Source: an uncultured Gemmataceae bacterium
Lineage (GTDB): Bacteria; Planctomycetota; Planctomycetia; Gemmatales; Gemmataceae
Assembly (NCBI GenBank): GCA_963750165.1
Contig: CAVVPN010000011.1
Coordinates: 928,001-992,000, forward strand
DNA length: 64,000 bases
Direction: 5' to 3'
The first letter of the stretch is position 1, and each line of letters begins with the position of its first letter. The notes below the pieces were generated by a model. That model ran no database searches. It was not told the DNA's origin and saw nothing but the letters and a program-made list of their open reading frames with translations. Positions 62,026 through 64,000 of this stretch are shown here, in pieces. Both the position numbers and the translations under genes were made by a program.

Positions 62026-64000
62026 TTACACCCCCAGTAATTCTCGCAGTTTGCCTTCCTTGCCGGTAAGATCCGTGGCATCGAGTACCTTCCAGCCCTG
62101 TTTCTCGAAGGCTGGGTGGGCGTCCGCTCCCTCTGGTAGCACAGCCGCGACCTTCTGCGTCGGCCACGCCAGTTCTGCCTGAGCACAGACCCGCCCGTCC
62201 TCCTGAAGCTCGAAGCCGACGACTGGAAGAGGCAGTTTCTTCCCCGCCCATGAGCGAACGAACTCCTTACACCGCTCGTCGCAAAAGTCCACCAGTTCGT
62301 CGGTCGCGCTCAACGCGGTTTTCACGGGCAGGACAGAACTGGCCGATTCTTCGGTATGGGCGGTGATTTCTCCTTTCGGCATCGCTTCGGCGAAATCCTT
62401 GAAGAAAGCCAGATCCGCTGACTCGACAGTGGAGACCAGCACCGAACGGTCGAGATACTTGTTCCCGCGCTCGCACGAGGTCTCTGGCAGGAAGAGGCAA
62501 GCGTGGCAAGCCGCTCCGTGCAACGTCAGGCTGTCCCTGTAAGGGTGGTGCTCGGCACAGAGAGGGTCAGAAGTGCAGAGCCGCATCGCCTCCAACGCCT
62601 GATCCAGATGCCGACCGAGTGACTTCGGTTCCCCCAGACTGACGAGCCCACCGAGCGTGCCTTCGCTGTCGGGAGCGGCAGTGTAAAGGAGAACTCCCGC
62701 CATCGGATCGTGGTCTCCTCCCGGTGGCCGGGAATAAATGCGTTCACGGATGCTGGCTGTCGTGTAACCGCACTCCAGCGAGAACTGCCGAATCAGGGCG
62801 TGGGCCAGCGAGTGCAGCAGCACATAGCGCATCGTCGGGTAGTCCGCGTCTGGGTGCGGATGCCCACGGTTCATGCGCCAGCGCCGGTGGGATTCGCGGA
62901 ACTCCTTATCGCGGTCAGTGGTCTTCTTGATCCATGCTTCGATGGCCTTCTCCGAGAATTGCAGGAAGACGCCCTCGCCACGTACTTCTGAAGTCGGAAC
63001 CCACTTGGGGGCAGAGCGGCCCAAGGGGACGCGCTGTTCCTCGGGCAAGCTGCCGAGTTCGGTGTAATCACCGGGAGACTCGATACGGGTGAAGGCGATC
63101 AGCGACCGCACCTCCCGCAGACGCTCAGCCAGCACAACTTTCTCCACCACGTTCTTGTACTGCTTCGGGGCCTCGACGACGCGAAGCCGAAAGTCGCGGC
63201 TGTTCAGCTTCGGGTCGGGGTTAGAGAGTACCTCCCACTCGGGGTCGCGGAGGTCGCGGGCCTCCTCGTCCTCCTCACCCGTACTGGATTTTTTCTTGGA
63301 GACCGCCTGCCAGATTTCGTCCTCGGTGAAAGTCGCCAGCCCCTTCAAGAGCTTGCGCTTCAGTTTGACCTCGCGGGCGCTCTCGCACTCCTCAAGTTCG
63401 GCCCAGTTCATCTCGATCAACTGGCCGAGCTTGTCCGTGGTGGACGGGATCGACAGTGCCGACAGCATCACCGGGAACCAGCTATTCGACGCACCGAGCA
63501 AAATGGCACGTTGCTTCCCTTGGCACGCATTTTCGTCGAATTTGCGCAGGTGCGGCCAGCGGCCTTTGCACTGGTGCAACTCGATCTTGCCTTCTTCGCT
63601 GAAGGCATCGCTCATGCGACGAGTCGTCGGTTTCTCCTTCGTCCCACATTTCACACATTCCACCTGAATGTCGGCCACCTCGCCGGATGCGCCCAGTTCA
63701 TACAGACGCAATTCATAGCGGCAGTCGGTCTTGCCTCGATGCACGAACTGGACCCAAGGAAAATCGTCAAGGTGGCCCTGTTCGCAGGCGATGAGGAAGC
63801 GAGCGGGAACGGCGGTTGGCGGCTTGCCCGGCTTCTTGCAAATGCGGTGAACATAGCGGCTGCGGTCCTTGCGGTAGGGGTCGAGACGAAGCTCGAAAAG
63901 CCCCGACTGGATGGGGGCCAACAGGCGGCAGTACGGACACAGCAGCCAGCGGGGAAAGGGCGCAACCGGGACGCCGATGTTGGCCGAGTCGTCAAACGGG
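62026..64000 (-). CDS. drmB: DISARM DUF1998 protein with an extra C-terminal domain (5' end off the window)
   Basis: The frame is open to the window edge (PVAPFPRWLLCPYC). ACEQGHLDDFPW, LLHSLAHAL, GTLGGL, CTSDPLC, AACHAC, plus an about 120-aa tail. Confidence 0.87.
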   Translation of the reverse strand, partial: PFDDSANIGVPVAPFPRWLLCPYCRLLAPIQSGLFELRLDPYRKDRSRYVHRICKKPGKPPTAVPARFLIACEQGHLDDFPWVQFVHRGKTDCRYELRLYELGASGEVADIQVECVKCGTKEKPTTRRMSDAFSEEGKIELHQCKGRWPHLRKFDENACQGKQRAILLGASNSWFPVMLSALSIPSTTDKLGQLIEMNWAELEECESAREVKLKRKLLKGLATFTEDEIWQAVSKKKSSTGEEDEEARDLRDPEWEVLSNPDPKLNSRDFRLRVVEAPKQYKNVVEKVVLAERLREVRSLIAFTRIESPGDYTELGSLPEEQRVPLGRSAPKWVPTSEVRGEGVFLQFSEKAIEAWIKKTTDRDKEFRESHRRWRMNRGHPHPDADYPTMRYVLLHSLAHALIRQFSLECGYTTASIRERIYSRPPGGDHDPMAGVLLYTAAPDSEGTLGGLVSLGEPKSLGRHLDQALEAMRLCTSDPLCAEHHPYRDSLTLHGAACHACLFLPETSCERGNKYLDRSVLVSTVESADLAFFKDFAEAMPKGEITAHTEESASSVLPVKTALSATDELVDFCDERCKEFVRSWAGKKLPLPVVGFELQEDGRVCAQAELAWPTQKVAAVLPEGADAHPAFEKQGWKVLDATDLTGKEGKLRELLGV

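Larger units (their letters stand above)
40832..64000. mobile_element. Second integrative element (continues beyond the window)
   Basis: Second integrase abutting the att core, MTase, AEP-like protein, ParB and defence cargo; visibly lower GC than the flank. Confidence 0.6.

Overview
GC-rich Planctomycete DNA, probably Gemmataceae-like: it carries TIGR02999-type ECF sigma / Ser-Thr kinase pairs, LERLExRxL export motifs and DUF1580. The window has three parts. (1) 1-17.5 kb: two ECF-sigma + WD40 kinase modules flank a fumC 5' remnant and a tandem, mosaic array of four exported beta-helix/DUF4214 genes plus one relic. (2) About 20-40.9 kb: an integrative element beside a tRNA-Gly(CCC) 3'-half att core. 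It encodes an integrase, DUF1580, a Prim-Pol, small and large terminase (no capsid or portal seen) and a class I DISARM operon (drmD-drmMI-drmA-drmB-drmC). A RelE/ParE toxin-antitoxin pair is embedded in that operon and a REP doublet is inserted in frame in drmMI. (3) 40.9-64 kb: a second, apparently lower-GC element with an atypical integrase, an orphan MTase, an AEP-like replication protein, ParB, two IS and a second DISARM-type locus cut by the window edge. In that locus DrmB has an extra C-terminal domain, a RelE-like/UvrD fusion sits between drmB and drmC, and a DUF429 nuclease follows drmC. Many 1-2 nt frameshifts in GC runs look like long-read consensus errors. All family calls come from motif recognition by eye; no database searches were run.
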